Source: Gammaproteobacteria bacterium (GTDB lineage: Bacteria; Pseudomonadota; Gammaproteobacteria; Eutrophobiales; Eutrophobiaceae). From it: a stretch of DNA of 64,000 nt. The stretch's first letter is position 1. Every line of letters begins with the position of its first letter. The translations under genes were made by a program, and so were the position numbers. The stretch covers positions 1,920,001-1,984,000 of the forward strand of contig CBDEUK010000002.1 in assembly GCA_965243205.1 (NCBI GenBank). Direction: 5' to 3'. The notes under the pieces were generated by a model, which saw nothing but the letters and a program-made list of their open reading frames with translations, made no database searches and was not told the origin of the DNA. Below are positions 41,143 through 50,949 of this stretch, in pieces.

Positions 41143-41376
41143 TTGAGTAAAGGCCAATCAAAAAAAATGAGTTTTATTGAAAGCACCGCCAGTATTATTG
41201 CTGGTTATATTATTACGGTGCTTATTCAATATTGGCTTTATCCATTATTTGGCATTAGTATTCCAGCGACAGAAGCTTTGATTATCTCTGTTATCATTGT
41301 TATTGCAGCTTTTATAAAGAATTTTTCTATTCGTCGTTTATTTAATTTTATTCAGGTTCGCAGTGAGTCGAACTAG
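41143..41376 (+). CDS. Small 2-TM protein (resembles DUF7220-type proteins)
   Basis: QSKKMSFIES...GY...Q...YPLFG...RRLFN pattern; GGAG SD before TTG. Confidence 0.65.
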   Translation: MSKGQSKKMSFIESTASIIAGYIITVLIQYWLYPLFGISIPATEALIISVIIVIAAFIKNFSIRRLFNFIQVRSESN

Positions 41377-41400
41377 AGATATCTTTGGTGTGGTAAAAAA

Positions 41401-41778
41401 ATGAAAATCAAACGCTTGCTAACCAATATTTGCTCTCAAAATTTAGAACAATCAAAAAAGTTTTATACGTCATTGTTTGCATTTAAAGTAGATTATGACA
41501 GCGATTGGTTTATTCATCTTATATCTGAAGGTAGAGATTTAGAGTTAGGCATCATATCTGAGAACCATGAAATTGTTCCCGCACAAACAAGAGGTAGTAT
41601 TTCAGGTGTTTATCTAACATTTGTGATTGAAGATGTTGATTCTTTTCATCAAAAAGCTAAAAGCTTAGGTTACGAAATATTACAATCTCCTGAAATGACG
41701 CCTTATGGTCAAAAACGTATGTTATTAGTTTCTCCAGAAGGTACAATCTGTGATGTGTCATCACCAACTAATACTTAG
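41401..41778 (+). CDS. VOC/glyoxalase family protein
   Basis: SKKFYTSLF, YDSDWF, LTFVIEDVD, YGQKR, PEG. Confidence 0.87.
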   Translation: MKIKRLLTNICSQNLEQSKKFYTSLFAFKVDYDSDWFIHLISEGRDLELGIISENHEIVPAQTRGSISGVYLTFVIEDVDSFHQKAKSLGYEILQSPEMTPYGQKRMLLVSPEGTICDVSSPTNT

Positions 41779-41853
41779 AAAGCCATTTGTTTTTTTATGA
41801 AAATGGTCAATATAAATAATGGGGTTACTTAATAGTTTAATAGGAGAGAAAAC

Positions 41854-42252
41854 ATGAATATGAAACGTTTTATCATTGCCGGGATTAGTGCCTTTGTTTT
41901 TGTCTTTTTTTATGAGTTTCTTGTGCATGGTTTTTTGATGCTGGAGCAATATGAACAAACAATGGATGTCTGGCGTCCACAAGAAGAAGCCAATATGTTA
42001 ATTATGACTTTAAGCCAGTTTTTATTTGGAATGGCCGTAGCCTTTTTTTATCCTATTGTTGGGCTAGATACAGATTGTAAAAAAGCGATTCCTTTTGGTG
42101 TTGGGTTAGGCCTTGTTATGGGCGTGCCACAAATTGCTACTTATTGTTATTTACCAATTCCTTTACAAATGAGTTTATCATGGGCTGTGATCGAGTTTAT
42201 AAAAGGTTTGGGCAGTTCAATTATTGTTTCTAAAGTTTACAATTGGAAATAG
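41854..42252 (+). CDS. Hypothetical 4-TM membrane protein
   Basis: AGGAG SD; four hydrophobic segments; the stop codon abuts an attC. Confidence 0.78.
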   Translation: MNMKRFIIAGISAFVFVFFYEFLVHGFLMLEQYEQTMDVWRPQEEANMLIMTLSQFLFGMAVAFFYPIVGLDTDCKKAIPFGVGLGLVMGVPQIATYCYLPIPLQMSLSWAVIEFIKGLGSSIIVSKVYNWK

Positions 42253-42309
42253 TTTAACGAATCTACCAGCCCGTGGTAACACACGGGCTTTCTAATTCAA
42301 ACGTTATGC
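42252..42309 (+). repeat. Distal attC-like site (58 bp)
   Basis: GTTTAAC...AGCCCGTG-GTAACA-CACGGGCT...AATTCAAAC-GTTATGC. Confidence 0.7.
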
Positions 42310-42366
42310 GATAATGGAATGATTGTATCTTTTAACAGATTGTTAGATATATTTTATGTAGAAAAA

Positions 42367-42570
42367 ATGAAAAAATATTTTGTTAAAGTCCCATTAGTTT
42401 TATTCGTTCTTATTTTTGAATCTGCTTGTAGTACGGAACAGATTTACAATGCGTTTCGTGAAAATAGAGTTCAGGAATGTCAACCTTTGAGAGGTTCAGA
42501 AAGAGAACGTTGTTTAGAATCCGTAGAAGATACTCATGATGAGTACCAAGAAAAACGAAAAAACACATAG
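42367..42570 (+). CDS. Small putative lipoprotein
   Basis: MKKYFVKVPLVLFVLIFESAC, then ECQ...RC...YQEKR. The track ORF starts at 42319. Confidence 0.65.
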   Translation: MKKYFVKVPLVLFVLIFESACSTEQIYNAFRENRVQECQPLRGSERERCLESVEDTHDEYQEKRKNT

Positions 42571-42603
42571 GTCTAATGAGTAAAATCGAACTTAAATTTT
42601 TAA

Positions 42604-43026
42604 ATGGAATATTCTGCTAACTGCAAGTGTGGAAAAGTTGCAGTACTTCTCTCAATTTCGCATGATATTGAAAACCTTGAGCCTCGAGAATGTGATTGTG
42701 ATTTTTGTAGTTCACATGAATTGATTTATCTGTCGGAATCTAACGGCAAGCTTTCGATAGAAGCACATGATACTCTCAAACAACTAAAACAAGGTTCTGA
42801 ACAAGCCATCTTTTGGCAGTGTGTATTTTGTGATCAAATAATTGCCGTAACCAGCGAGTTTGAAGGAAAAATAAAAGGAGCAGTCAATGGTAAATTGTTT
42901 GCCAAAGATAGAAAACTTAAAACTCCAATCACAGTATCCCCAAAATTACTATCAGCAACGGAAAAGCGTGCACGTTGGCAAACTATGTGGTTAACAGTAA
43001 ATTTCAATATAAAAACACAAACCTAA
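42604..43026 (+). CDS. GFA (glutathione-dependent aldehyde-activating)/CENP-V family protein
   Basis: CKCGKV, RECDCDFC and CVFC zinc-binding motifs. Confidence 0.85.
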   Translation: MEYSANCKCGKVAVLLSISHDIENLEPRECDCDFCSSHELIYLSESNGKLSIEAHDTLKQLKQGSEQAIFWQCVFCDQIIAVTSEFEGKIKGAVNGKLFAKDRKLKTPITVSPKLLSATEKRARWQTMWLTVNFNIKTQT

Positions 43027-43045
43027 CTTATTATCAGATTATATT

Positions 43046-43375
43046 ATGGAATTGATTTTTTATCTCTTTATAGTGATTTTTATTAGCATCATGATTTTTT
43101 GGGTTCTAGGTTTTTTATATGGGCTACTTAGAAAACCTGCGATTTATTTTCCTTTCAGTCTTGCCGCAAAAATGGCGTTGGTTGGATTTGTAGGTGTTTG
43201 GTTTTTTATGATAGGAGGAGTTATTCTTCCTGCTTTAATTCTCGACAATGCAATGTCTAAACGATCCGATTATAAGCAATGGCCCACATTAATTGCTGGT
43301 GGCATTATTTCGCTAATATCAATACCTTTAATTTATTATATAGCCCTTGTACTAGCATTCGAAATTCTAGGATAG
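43046..43375 (+). CDS. Hypothetical membrane protein (last ORF of the array)
   Basis: Hydrophobic 109-aa ORF, convergent with lptG. Confidence 0.65.
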   Translation: MELIFYLFIVIFISIMIFWVLGFLYGLLRKPAIYFPFSLAAKMALVGFVGVWFFMIGGVILPALILDNAMSKRSDYKQWPTLIAGGIISLISIPLIYYIALVLAFEILG

Positions 43376-43387
43376 GTAATATGAATA

Positions 43388-44473
43388 TTAAGCTTTTATT
43401 AGTTGTGTGAAATTATCTTTGTACAACATTCCCAAAACAAATGCAGATAGAAGTAACAGAGGAATGATCATGCTTATAAATGCAGGAATATTATAAACTA
43501 CGCCTAGATGACCAAATACTTGGTTTAACATGTGAAATAAAATTCCTAATAAACATCCTAGAAAAACACGTTGTCCTACATTATTTTGTCGTGAATGAAT
43601 TTTAATAATCGGCACCGCTATAACCACCATTAAGAAAATCGTAAATGGTTTTGACAACTTAGACCAAAATGCTTGTTCGTATACTTGGCTATTTTGTTCA
43701 TTTTCTTTTAAGTAACTTATGTAACTATATAAACCCCATAGCGTTAAAAACTTAGGTTTAATCGTGATCAGATTTAAAACTTCTGGATTTAATACCGATT
43801 CCCAATTGGCAAGTTTGATGGGTTTGCTAACAATCCCTTCATCCGAAATTAACGATTGTTTAACGTCTTCAAGCTGCCATTTGCCATCGATATAGTTGGC
43901 TTTTTTTGCATAGATACTACTGATTAAAATATTATTATCGGTAAATTCATAAATATAAATATCTTCGACTTCGTTGCCAGAAATAATTTTACGAATATTG
44001 ACAAAATTATTTTCATTGCGTGACCAAAAGCCGTATTTGGTTTGCAGGGTAATTTGTTCCGTCATAGCAATGGATTTGCGATGTTCAGCAGCTTGTTCAG
44101 AATATGGTGCAATGAATTCACTCACAACAAACGCAATCAGAATTAAAATAAAAATGCCTTTGGATAAAATTTTGATTAGATTGGTTTGTGATACACCTGA
44201 CGTCCGAATAATCGCAAGTTCATTTTGACTCGACATCTTACCTAAAGCCATCATGCCACCGATTGCTGCGGCAATTGGAAATAGTTCAGACACCAAGTTA
44301 GGAATTGTTAATAATAAATGCTCTAAAGCTTGCATTACACCATAACGACCTTGACCTGAATCTTCTAGTTCATCAATCAAAGCGAAAAATGCAAAAATGC
44401 CTACTAATACTGCTAGCGCTAAAAAGGTCGAGCGCAGTAATGATGTAGTTAAATAACGGTCGAGTATTCTCAT
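43388..44473 (-). CDS. lptG: LPS export ABC transporter permease
   Basis: MRILDRYL, NELAIIRTSGVS, YEQAFWSK; follows lptF. Confidence 0.93.
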   Translation of the reverse strand: MRILDRYLTTSLLRSTFLALAVLVGIFAFFALIDELEDSGQGRYGVMQALEHLLLTIPNLVSELFPIAAAIGGMMALGKMSSQNELAIIRTSGVSQTNLIKILSKGIFILILIAFVVSEFIAPYSEQAAEHRKSIAMTEQITLQTKYGFWSRNENNFVNIRKIISGNEVEDIYIYEFTDNNILISSIYAKKANYIDGKWQLEDVKQSLISDEGIVSKPIKLANWESVLNPEVLNLITIKPKFLTLWGLYSYISYLKENEQNSQVYEQAFWSKLSKPFTIFLMVVIAVPIIKIHSRQNNVGQRVFLGCLLGILFHMLNQVFGHLGVVYNIPAFISMIIPLLLLSAFVLGMLYKDNFTQLIKA

Positions 44474-45579
44474 GAGCGTTGTTCAGTATATTCTTGATAA
44501 GAATATTTACGACGACGTTTTTTAATATTACTAATCGCAAATAAAATAAATAAAAATACAATCATTAAAACGTGAACCCACCACAAACCGAGAAAGGGTG
44601 ATAGTTGATCACGACTCAACATAGTTTTTGATATGCCAAGTAAATTGGTATAGATAATATAAATCAATAAGCCAATAAAAATTAAAGTGTATTGTTTGTC
44701 GTTCCATGAAAGACTGTTTAGTAATACAGCTAACATGCTCAATAAAATACAACAAATAATTAGAGAAACACGCCATTGAAATTCGGCTTGATAAGAAGGA
44801 GTATCAGAGTTCATTAATTCTATTGTGCCAATGCCTTTAGGATCACGATGATTTGATTGTTCAGGATCCGTTTTCTCAATTAACACGGCGTAAGTTTCGT
44901 ATTCCGTGATTTGATAGTCTTGCTGACCTGGGTTTCCTACATAACGTCGACCATCTTTAAATACGATGTAACGATTACCTAATTCTTCATCCCACTCAAA
45001 ATTGGCAATATCTGATGAAAGCACACCTAATTTTTTCAATTCTCTGACCTGTAAAAACACATTCGACATGGCTGAGCGATCGGCACTTAAGCTTTCAACA
45101 TATACGACGCGATCACCTTTGCTGAATTCTTTAAAGCGGCCGGCTGTAATACCTGTGATATCTGAATCACGTTTAGCTTGTTCTTTCAATTCAGAAATCC
45201 GACCCTCAGCATACGGTGCGAGATAAAATACTAGACCACTGAATAAGAGTGAAAAGACCAAGGTAAAAGTTAAAGTGCTGGAATATTCAAAAGAACGTCC
45301 AGCCCCTGAAGTATGGAAGATGACTAATTCGTTATCTCGCACTAATCGTGAAAAAGCCAAAATCACCGAGATTAATAAACAAATGGGCAGCATTTTTGGC
45401 AAACTGGCGACAATTTTTAACCAAAGAAAGGTGGTAACGAGTTGAGTCGAAATTTTGCCAGATGCTGCATCGGCTAGATAACCGACATAGTATTTACTAA
45501 TAAATATCAATAGTAAAAGTGCACAGATCGGTAATAACTTATATGCGATCTCTTTGTAGATGTATTTATGTAAGATCAA
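44470..45579 (-). CDS. lptF: LPS export ABC transporter permease
   Basis: YLADAASGKI, RDNELVI, AGRF, AEFQWR, GLWWVH; divergent from pepA. Confidence 0.93.
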   Translation of the reverse strand: MILHKYIYKEIAYKLLPICALLLLIFISKYYVGYLADAASGKISTQLVTTFLWLKIVASLPKMLPICLLISVILAFSRLVRDNELVIFHTSGAGRSFEYSSTLTFTLVFSLLFSGLVFYLAPYAEGRISELKEQAKRDSDITGITAGRFKEFSKGDRVVYVESLSADRSAMSNVFLQVRELKKLGVLSSDIANFEWDEELGNRYIVFKDGRRYVGNPGQQDYQITEYETYAVLIEKTDPEQSNHRDPKGIGTIELMNSDTPSYQAEFQWRVSLIICCILLSMLAVLLNSLSWNDKQYTLIFIGLLIYIIYTNLLGISKTMLSRDQLSPFLGLWWVHVLMIVFLFILFAISNIKKRRRKYSYQEYTEQRS

Positions 45580-45714
45580 GAATCGTAACCAAAATATTTA
45601 CAGGATTTTTGCCTAAAGCCGATTAAATGAATACACTGCAACATAACAGATAGTATGACAATGTGACAAACTGTCACCTAAACCATTCAACCAAATTCTG
45701 CGTGGAAAATAACA

Positions 45715-47217
45715 ATGCAAATAGAATTCAGTATCAAAAGCGGTTCACCTGAAAAACAACGCACAACCTGTTTAGTTTTGCCTGTTTTCGAAGGTAGAAA
45801 ACTCTCTGATATAGCGAAAACCATTGATGAAGTTAGTGATAAATTTATTTCAACATTATTAAGACGTGGTGATATCGAGGGCAAAATAGGCCAAACATTG
45901 TTGCTTCATAATGTTCCTAACACCTTAGCTGATAGAGTGTTATTGGTTGGAGCAGGTAAAGAACGTGACTTATCAGATACAAGCTATCGCAAGATTATTT
46001 CTAGTTCAGTACAGTTTTTACGTGGTATTGGTGCACCTGAAGTGGTGAGTTATTTAACCGAATTAAATCTAAAAAATCGTGATATTTACTGGAAAGTTAA
46101 ACAAGCAGTAGAACAAACACGGTCGATCGCGTATGAATTTAACGAATTAAAATCGGGTAAAAAGCCAAAAACTAAGGCATTACGCAAACTGACTTGGACA
46201 GTACCAACCCGTCGTGAATTAACTGCTGGAGAAAAAGCAGTGGCTCATGGTGTCGCTGTTTCGAATGGTATGGACCTAATGCGCGATTTGGGTAACCGTC
46301 CGGGAAATATCTGTACTCCAACCTACCTAGGCAAACAAGCTCAGGCAATGGCGAAAGCGCATCGTAATTTAAAAGTGACAGTACTAGGCGAAAGCCAAAT
46401 GGAAAAACTGGGCATGGGATCTTTATTATCCGTTTCGCAAGGTAGTGAAGAAGAAGCCAAGATGGTTATTTTTGAATACAAAGGTGGTAAAAAAGATGCC
46501 AAGCCTTATGTATTCGTTGGTAAAGGTGTGACCTTTGATACAGGTGGTATCTCCATCAAACCTTCTCCAGCGATGGATGAAATGAAATACGACATGTGTG
46601 GTGCGGCCAGTGTGTTTGGGACCATGCAAGCTGTGGCTGAAATGAAACTGCCATTGAACGTTGTGGGTATTGTTCCAGCAACGGAAAATATGCCGAGTGG
46701 TACGGCAACTAAACCGGGTGATATCTTCAAAAGTATGTCTGGTCAAACCATCGAAGTATTGAATACCGATGCCGAAGGTCGTTTAATTCTTTGTGATGCT
46801 CTAACGTATAGTGAACGTTATGAACCTAAAGCGGTGGTAGATATTGCGACCTTAACAGGTGCATGTGTGATTGCTTTAGGTAAACATGCCTCTGGTTTAA
46901 TGAGTAACCATAACCCATTGGCGCGTGATTTATTAAACGCAGGTGATACCAGTGGTGACAGGGCTTGGCAGTTGCCACTATGGGATGAATACGATCAACA
47001 ACTCCATAGCCCGTTTGCTGATATGGCCAATATCGGTGGTAGAGATGCTGGTACCATTACTGCTGGATGTTTCTTAGGTCGTTTTACAAAAAAACTACAA
47101 TGGGCGCATTTAGATATTGCCGGTACTGCTTGGATTTCGGGTAAGAATAAAGGTGCAACAGGTCGACCAGTGCCATTATTAACGCAATATCTATTGGATA
47201 AGTGTCCTAAATCTTAA
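45715..47217 (+). CDS. pepA: Cytosol (leucyl) aminopeptidase, M17
   Basis: [35 protein letters not shown]. Confidence 0.97.
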   Translation: MQIEFSIKSGSPEKQRTTCLVLPVFEGRKLSDIAKTIDEVSDKFISTLLRRGDIEGKIGQTLLLHNVPNTLADRVLLVGAGKERDLSDTSYRKIISSSVQFLRGIGAPEVVSYLTELNLKNRDIYWKVKQAVEQTRSIAYEFNELKSGKKPKTKALRKLTWTVPTRRELTAGEKAVAHGVAVSNGMDLMRDLGNRPGNICTPTYLGKQAQAMAKAHRNLKVTVLGESQMEKLGMGSLLSVSQGSEEEAKMVIFEYKGGKKDAKPYVFVGKGVTFDTGGISIKPSPAMDEMKYDMCGAASVFGTMQAVAEMKLPLNVVGIVPATENMPSGTATKPGDIFKSMSGQTIEVLNTDAEGRLILCDALTYSERYEPKAVVDIATLTGACVIALGKHASGLMSNHNPLARDLLNAGDTSGDRAWQLPLWDEYDQQLHSPFADMANIGGRDAGTITAGCFLGRFTKKLQWAHLDIAGTAWISGKNKGATGRPVPLLTQYLLDKCPKS

Positions 47218-47630
47218 TGCCTAAAGTCGATTTTTATGTGCTTTCAGAAAAACACACACCTGATGTGTTTATATGTCAGTTGACACAAAAAATTTGGCAA
47301 CAAGGTCATCAGATCCATATTCATACTGATCATCAACCTCAGGCTGAACAATTAGATACACGACTTTGGACATTTTCTGACATCAGTTTCGTACCTCATG
47401 AGATTTGGTCTGAATCCGTTAACGCACCAGTCACGATTGGATGGCTGAATAATTATTCAGGTAATCAAGAGGTATTGATTAATTTAAATCGGCAAGTGCC
47501 GGAATTTAGTAGTAGCTTTACGCGGATTGCCGAGATCGTGACTTTGGATCAAGCCAATAAGGATATTGGTCGGGAACATTTTCGTTTATATCGAGAAAAA
47601 GGCTACGAACTAGAAAGTCATCAGCTATAG
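47217..47630 (+). CDS. holC: DNA polymerase III chi subunit
   Basis: VDFYVL, LDTRLWTF, FVPH, REHFRLYREKG; pepA-holC-valS synteny. Confidence 0.93.
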   Translation: MPKVDFYVLSEKHTPDVFICQLTQKIWQQGHQIHIHTDHQPQAEQLDTRLWTFSDISFVPHEIWSESVNAPVTIGWLNNYSGNQEVLINLNRQVPEFSSSFTRIAEIVTLDQANKDIGREHFRLYREKGYELESHQL

Positions 47631-47637
47631 TAGATCT

Positions 47638-48060
47638 ATGAGTGAATTTGATAATCCAGAAGACGCTAAAGCGGCTATTTTAAGTCGTAAGATTGAAGAG
47701 CTGGAAAATCTGTTAGAGCAGGCAGAGTCCTCTAATCGCCCTGATCCAAAAATACCTATTTTAGATGATTTGGTAGATTACGATGAGGAGTCTGTGATTC
47801 GTCCTAATTATTCAACACCTATTGATATAGAAGCGACACAACCTCTTGAACCTCAATTCAGACCTCTACCTGTTGAGCCAGAGCCTGAACCTGAACCCAT
47901 CAGTAGCGCCGAATTGGATTCTTTGTTTAATGAGATTGAATCCAAAATTTCTACTGAACTCGATGCCCTAGTGGATATCCTCAAAGATACCATCAAAGAT
48001 AGCGTCATGAATGAGCTTAAAACTCGTTTAGCCCAAGCCAAAGAAGATAAAAAGATTTAA
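47638..48060 (+). CDS. Hypothetical acidic, Pro-rich protein
   Basis: N-terminal helix, IPILDDLV, PVEPEPEPEP linker, C-terminal helix. Confidence 0.78.
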   Translation: MSEFDNPEDAKAAILSRKIEELENLLEQAESSNRPDPKIPILDDLVDYDEESVIRPNYSTPIDIEATQPLEPQFRPLPVEPEPEPEPISSAELDSLFNEIESKISTELDALVDILKDTIKDSVMNELKTRLAQAKEDKKI

Positions 48061-48149
48061 CGAATAAGCTCACTAAAACAGCCCTGTAAAACCCGCGCAC
48101 TAACGTGCATAATGCGCGGTTTCTGATAAACCCCTAATAATCAATAAAG

Positions 48150-50906
48150 ATGGAAAAAACCTACGACCCGCAAGCGATCGAGTCTCGAATTTACGAAAAC
48201 TGGGAAAATAATAATCACTTCTCACCCAAAGGTGGTGATGACAGTTTTTGTATTATGTTACCGCCACCTAATGTGACGGGTAGCCTGCATATGGGGCATG
48301 CATTCCAACAAACCTTGATGGATGTCTTGATTCGATATAATCGCATGAACGGTGTGAATACCCTATGGCAATGTGGAACTGATCACGCGGGCATCGCTAC
48401 GCAAATGGTAGTCGAACGTCAATTGGCTGCGGATAATGTTTCGCGTCATGATTTAGGTCGAGAACAATTCATCGATAAAGTTTGGGAATGGAAAGAAAAG
48501 TCAGGTAATACCATCACTAAACAATCACGACGTCTTGGAACTTCAATGGACTGGTCGCGTGAGCGTTTTACCTTAGACGATGGTTTATCCGATGCTGTGA
48601 AAGAAGTATTTGTACGTTTATACGATGAAGGATTGATCTATCGTGGTAAGCGTTTAGTAAATTGGGATCCAAAACTTCATACAGCGATCTCTGACCTTGA
48701 GGTTATTTCAGAAGAAGAGAACGGACATCTTTGGCATATGAAATACCCTCGTGTTGATGATAAAGGTTATGTTGTTGTTGCTACTACCCGTCCTGAAACT
48801 ATGTTGGGTGATGCTGCCGTTGCTGTTCATCCTGATGATGAACGTTATCAAGATTTAATTGGTCAAGAAGTTGAACTGCCTTTAACTGGTAGAACCATTC
48901 CAGTGATTGCCGATGATTATGTGGATCCAGAATTTGGAACGGGTTGCGTAAAGATTACCCCTGCACATGACTTTAATGACTATGAAATGGGTCAGCGCCA
49001 TGACTTACCGAAAATTAATATCTTTACGATCGATGCTGCTATCAATGATGAAGCTCCTGAAAAATATCGTGGCTTAGATCGTTATGCGGCACGTAAACAA
49101 ATCATTGCGGATTTAGAGGATCAAGGTTTATTAGATAAGATCGATGATCATAAATTAATGGTACCGCGCGGTGATCGTTCAGGTGTTGTTGTCGAACCAT
49201 ATTTAACCGATCAATGGTATGTAAAGATTCAACCACTTGCTGATCCTGCTATTAAAGCAGTTGAAGATGGTGATATTAAATTCGTTCCTGAAAACTGGGA
49301 TAAAACCTATTTCGAATGGATGCGTAATATTCAAGATTGGTGTATCTCACGTCAGTTATGGTGGGGGCATCGTATTCCTGCTTGGTACGATGAAGAAGGC
49401 AATGTTTATGTTGCTCGCGACGAACAAGAAGTGCGTGAAAAATATAATTTAGGTGATAAACCATTATCTCAAGATAATGATGTATTGGACACTTGGTTTT
49501 CATCCGCACTATGGCCTTTCTCTACTTTAGGATGGCCCGAGAAAACTCCTGAGCTAGAGTCGTTTTATCCTACTAATGTTTTAGTTACTGGTTTTGACAT
49601 TATCTTTTTCTGGGTCGCACGCATGATTATGTTTGGTTTAAAGTTCATGGGCGATGTACCGTTTAAAGAAGTTTATATACATGGCTTAGTGCGTGATGGT
49701 GAAGGCCAAAAGATGTCAAAGTCTAAAGGCAATGTGTTAGATCCAATTGATTTAATCGATGGTATTGAACTTGAGAGCTTAATTCAAAAACGTACTACAG
49801 GTTTAATGCAACCAGAAAAAGCGCCTAAGATAGAAAAGGCGACTCGTAAACATTTCCCAGAAGGTATCGAAGCCTATGGTACAGATTCTTTACGTTTTAC
49901 ATTTGCATCATTAGCCACACAAGGTCGTTTTATTAACTTTGAGATTGGTCGTATTCAAGGTTATCGAAATTTTTGTAATAAATTATGGAATGCTGCGCGT
50001 TATGTAATGATGAGCATAGAAGCTAACCCAATCGATATACACAAAGGAGATAAAGAATTTGGTGTGATTGAATACTGGGTGAATGCAAAGCTTGCCAATA
50101 CATTAGATGAAGTGACACGCAGTATGAACAATTACCGTTTCGATTTAGCATCACAAGCTATGTACGAATTCACTTGGGATGAGTATTGCGATTGGTATTT
50201 GGAATTATCCAAAGCAACATTAAATAATGATATTGCAACAGAAGCGGAAAAACGTGGAACGTTGTTTACATTAGTGAATGTATTAGAAAATATGTTGCGT
50301 ATGATGCATCCATTGATGCCTTTCATTACAGAAGAAATTTGGCAATTGATTAAACCGATTACCAAAGCCGACGGTGATACCATCATGTTGCAAAACTATC
50401 CTCATTCTGATGATTTGAATATTAATGAAGAATCATTGCTGACAGTTGAATGGTTAAAGCAATTTATTTTAGGTGTCAGACGTATCCGTGCTGAGCGTGA
50501 CATAGCGCCTGGTAAACCATTAGCGGTAAAAGTAAAAGGTGGTTCTGAACAAGAACAAGCTTGGTTAACGTCAACCAAAGAATCAATCCAATTTTTAGGT
50601 CGTATTGAATCGATTGAAACCATAGAGCAAGAACCCGAAGATGCTGTGATTGCCTTAGCGGGTGATATGACCTTAATGGTACCTTTGGCGGATATCATCG
50701 ATCCTGCACAAGAAAAGATTCGATTAGAAAAAGAAATCGAAAAAGCTGACAAAGAAGTTTCAATCTTTCAAAAGAAATTAAGCAATGAAAATTTTGTTAG
50801 CCGAGCTCCAGAAGAAGTCGTTGCTAAGGAAAAAGAAAAGTTAGCGAACTCAGAAAGTAGTTTAGAAAAACTGAAACAGCAATTGGAAAGAATTTCGAAA
50901 CTTTAA
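48150..50906 (+). CDS. valS: Valyl-tRNA synthetase
   Basis: [30 protein letters not shown]-terminal coiled coil. Confidence 0.99.
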   Translation: MEKTYDPQAIESRIYENWENNNHFSPKGGDDSFCIMLPPPNVTGSLHMGHAFQQTLMDVLIRYNRMNGVNTLWQCGTDHAGIATQMVVERQLAADNVSRHDLGREQFIDKVWEWKEKSGNTITKQSRRLGTSMDWSRERFTLDDGLSDAVKEVFVRLYDEGLIYRGKRLVNWDPKLHTAISDLEVISEEENGHLWHMKYPRVDDKGYVVVATTRPETMLGDAAVAVHPDDERYQDLIGQEVELPLTGRTIPVIADDYVDPEFGTGCVKITPAHDFNDYEMGQRHDLPKINIFTIDAAINDEAPEKYRGLDRYAARKQIIADLEDQGLLDKIDDHKLMVPRGDRSGVVVEPYLTDQWYVKIQPLADPAIKAVEDGDIKFVPENWDKTYFEWMRNIQDWCISRQLWWGHRIPAWYDEEGNVYVARDEQEVREKYNLGDKPLSQDNDVLDTWFSSALWPFSTLGWPEKTPELESFYPTNVLVTGFDIIFFWVARMIMFGLKFMGDVPFKEVYIHGLVRDGEGQKMSKSKGNVLDPIDLIDGIELESLIQKRTTGLMQPEKAPKIEKATRKHFPEGIEAYGTDSLRFTFASLATQGRFINFEIGRIQGYRNFCNKLWNAARYVMMSIEANPIDIHKGDKEFGVIEYWVNAKLANTLDEVTRSMNNYRFDLASQAMYEFTWDEYCDWYLELSKATLNNDIATEAEKRGTLFTLVNVLENMLRMMHPLMPFITEEIWQLIKPITKADGDTIMLQNYPHSDDLNINEESLLTVEWLKQFILGVRRIRAERDIAPGKPLAVKVKGGSEQEQAWLTSTKESIQFLGRIESIETIEQEPEDAVIALAGDMTLMVPLADIIDPAQEKIRLEKEIEKADKEVSIFQKKLSNENFVSRAPEEVVAKEKEKLANSESSLEKLKQQLERISKL

Positions 50907-50949
50907 TTTTTATTTCTGTCATAATTCACTATAAGAATTATGGCCGATT

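Larger units (their letters stand above)
33332..43375. mobile_element. Chromosomal (sedentary) integron with a cassette array of about 20 ORFs
   Basis: intI divergent from attI and a run of short plus-strand ORFs separated by attC sites. Flanked directly by rdgB and lptG; no transposase is visible. Confidence 0.95.

Noticed and set aside
34442-43375. Toxin-antitoxin or antibiotic-resistance cassettes
   Set aside because: No recognisable TA pair, acetyltransferase, beta-lactamase, aad or dfr motif. Remote homologs cannot be excluded without a search.
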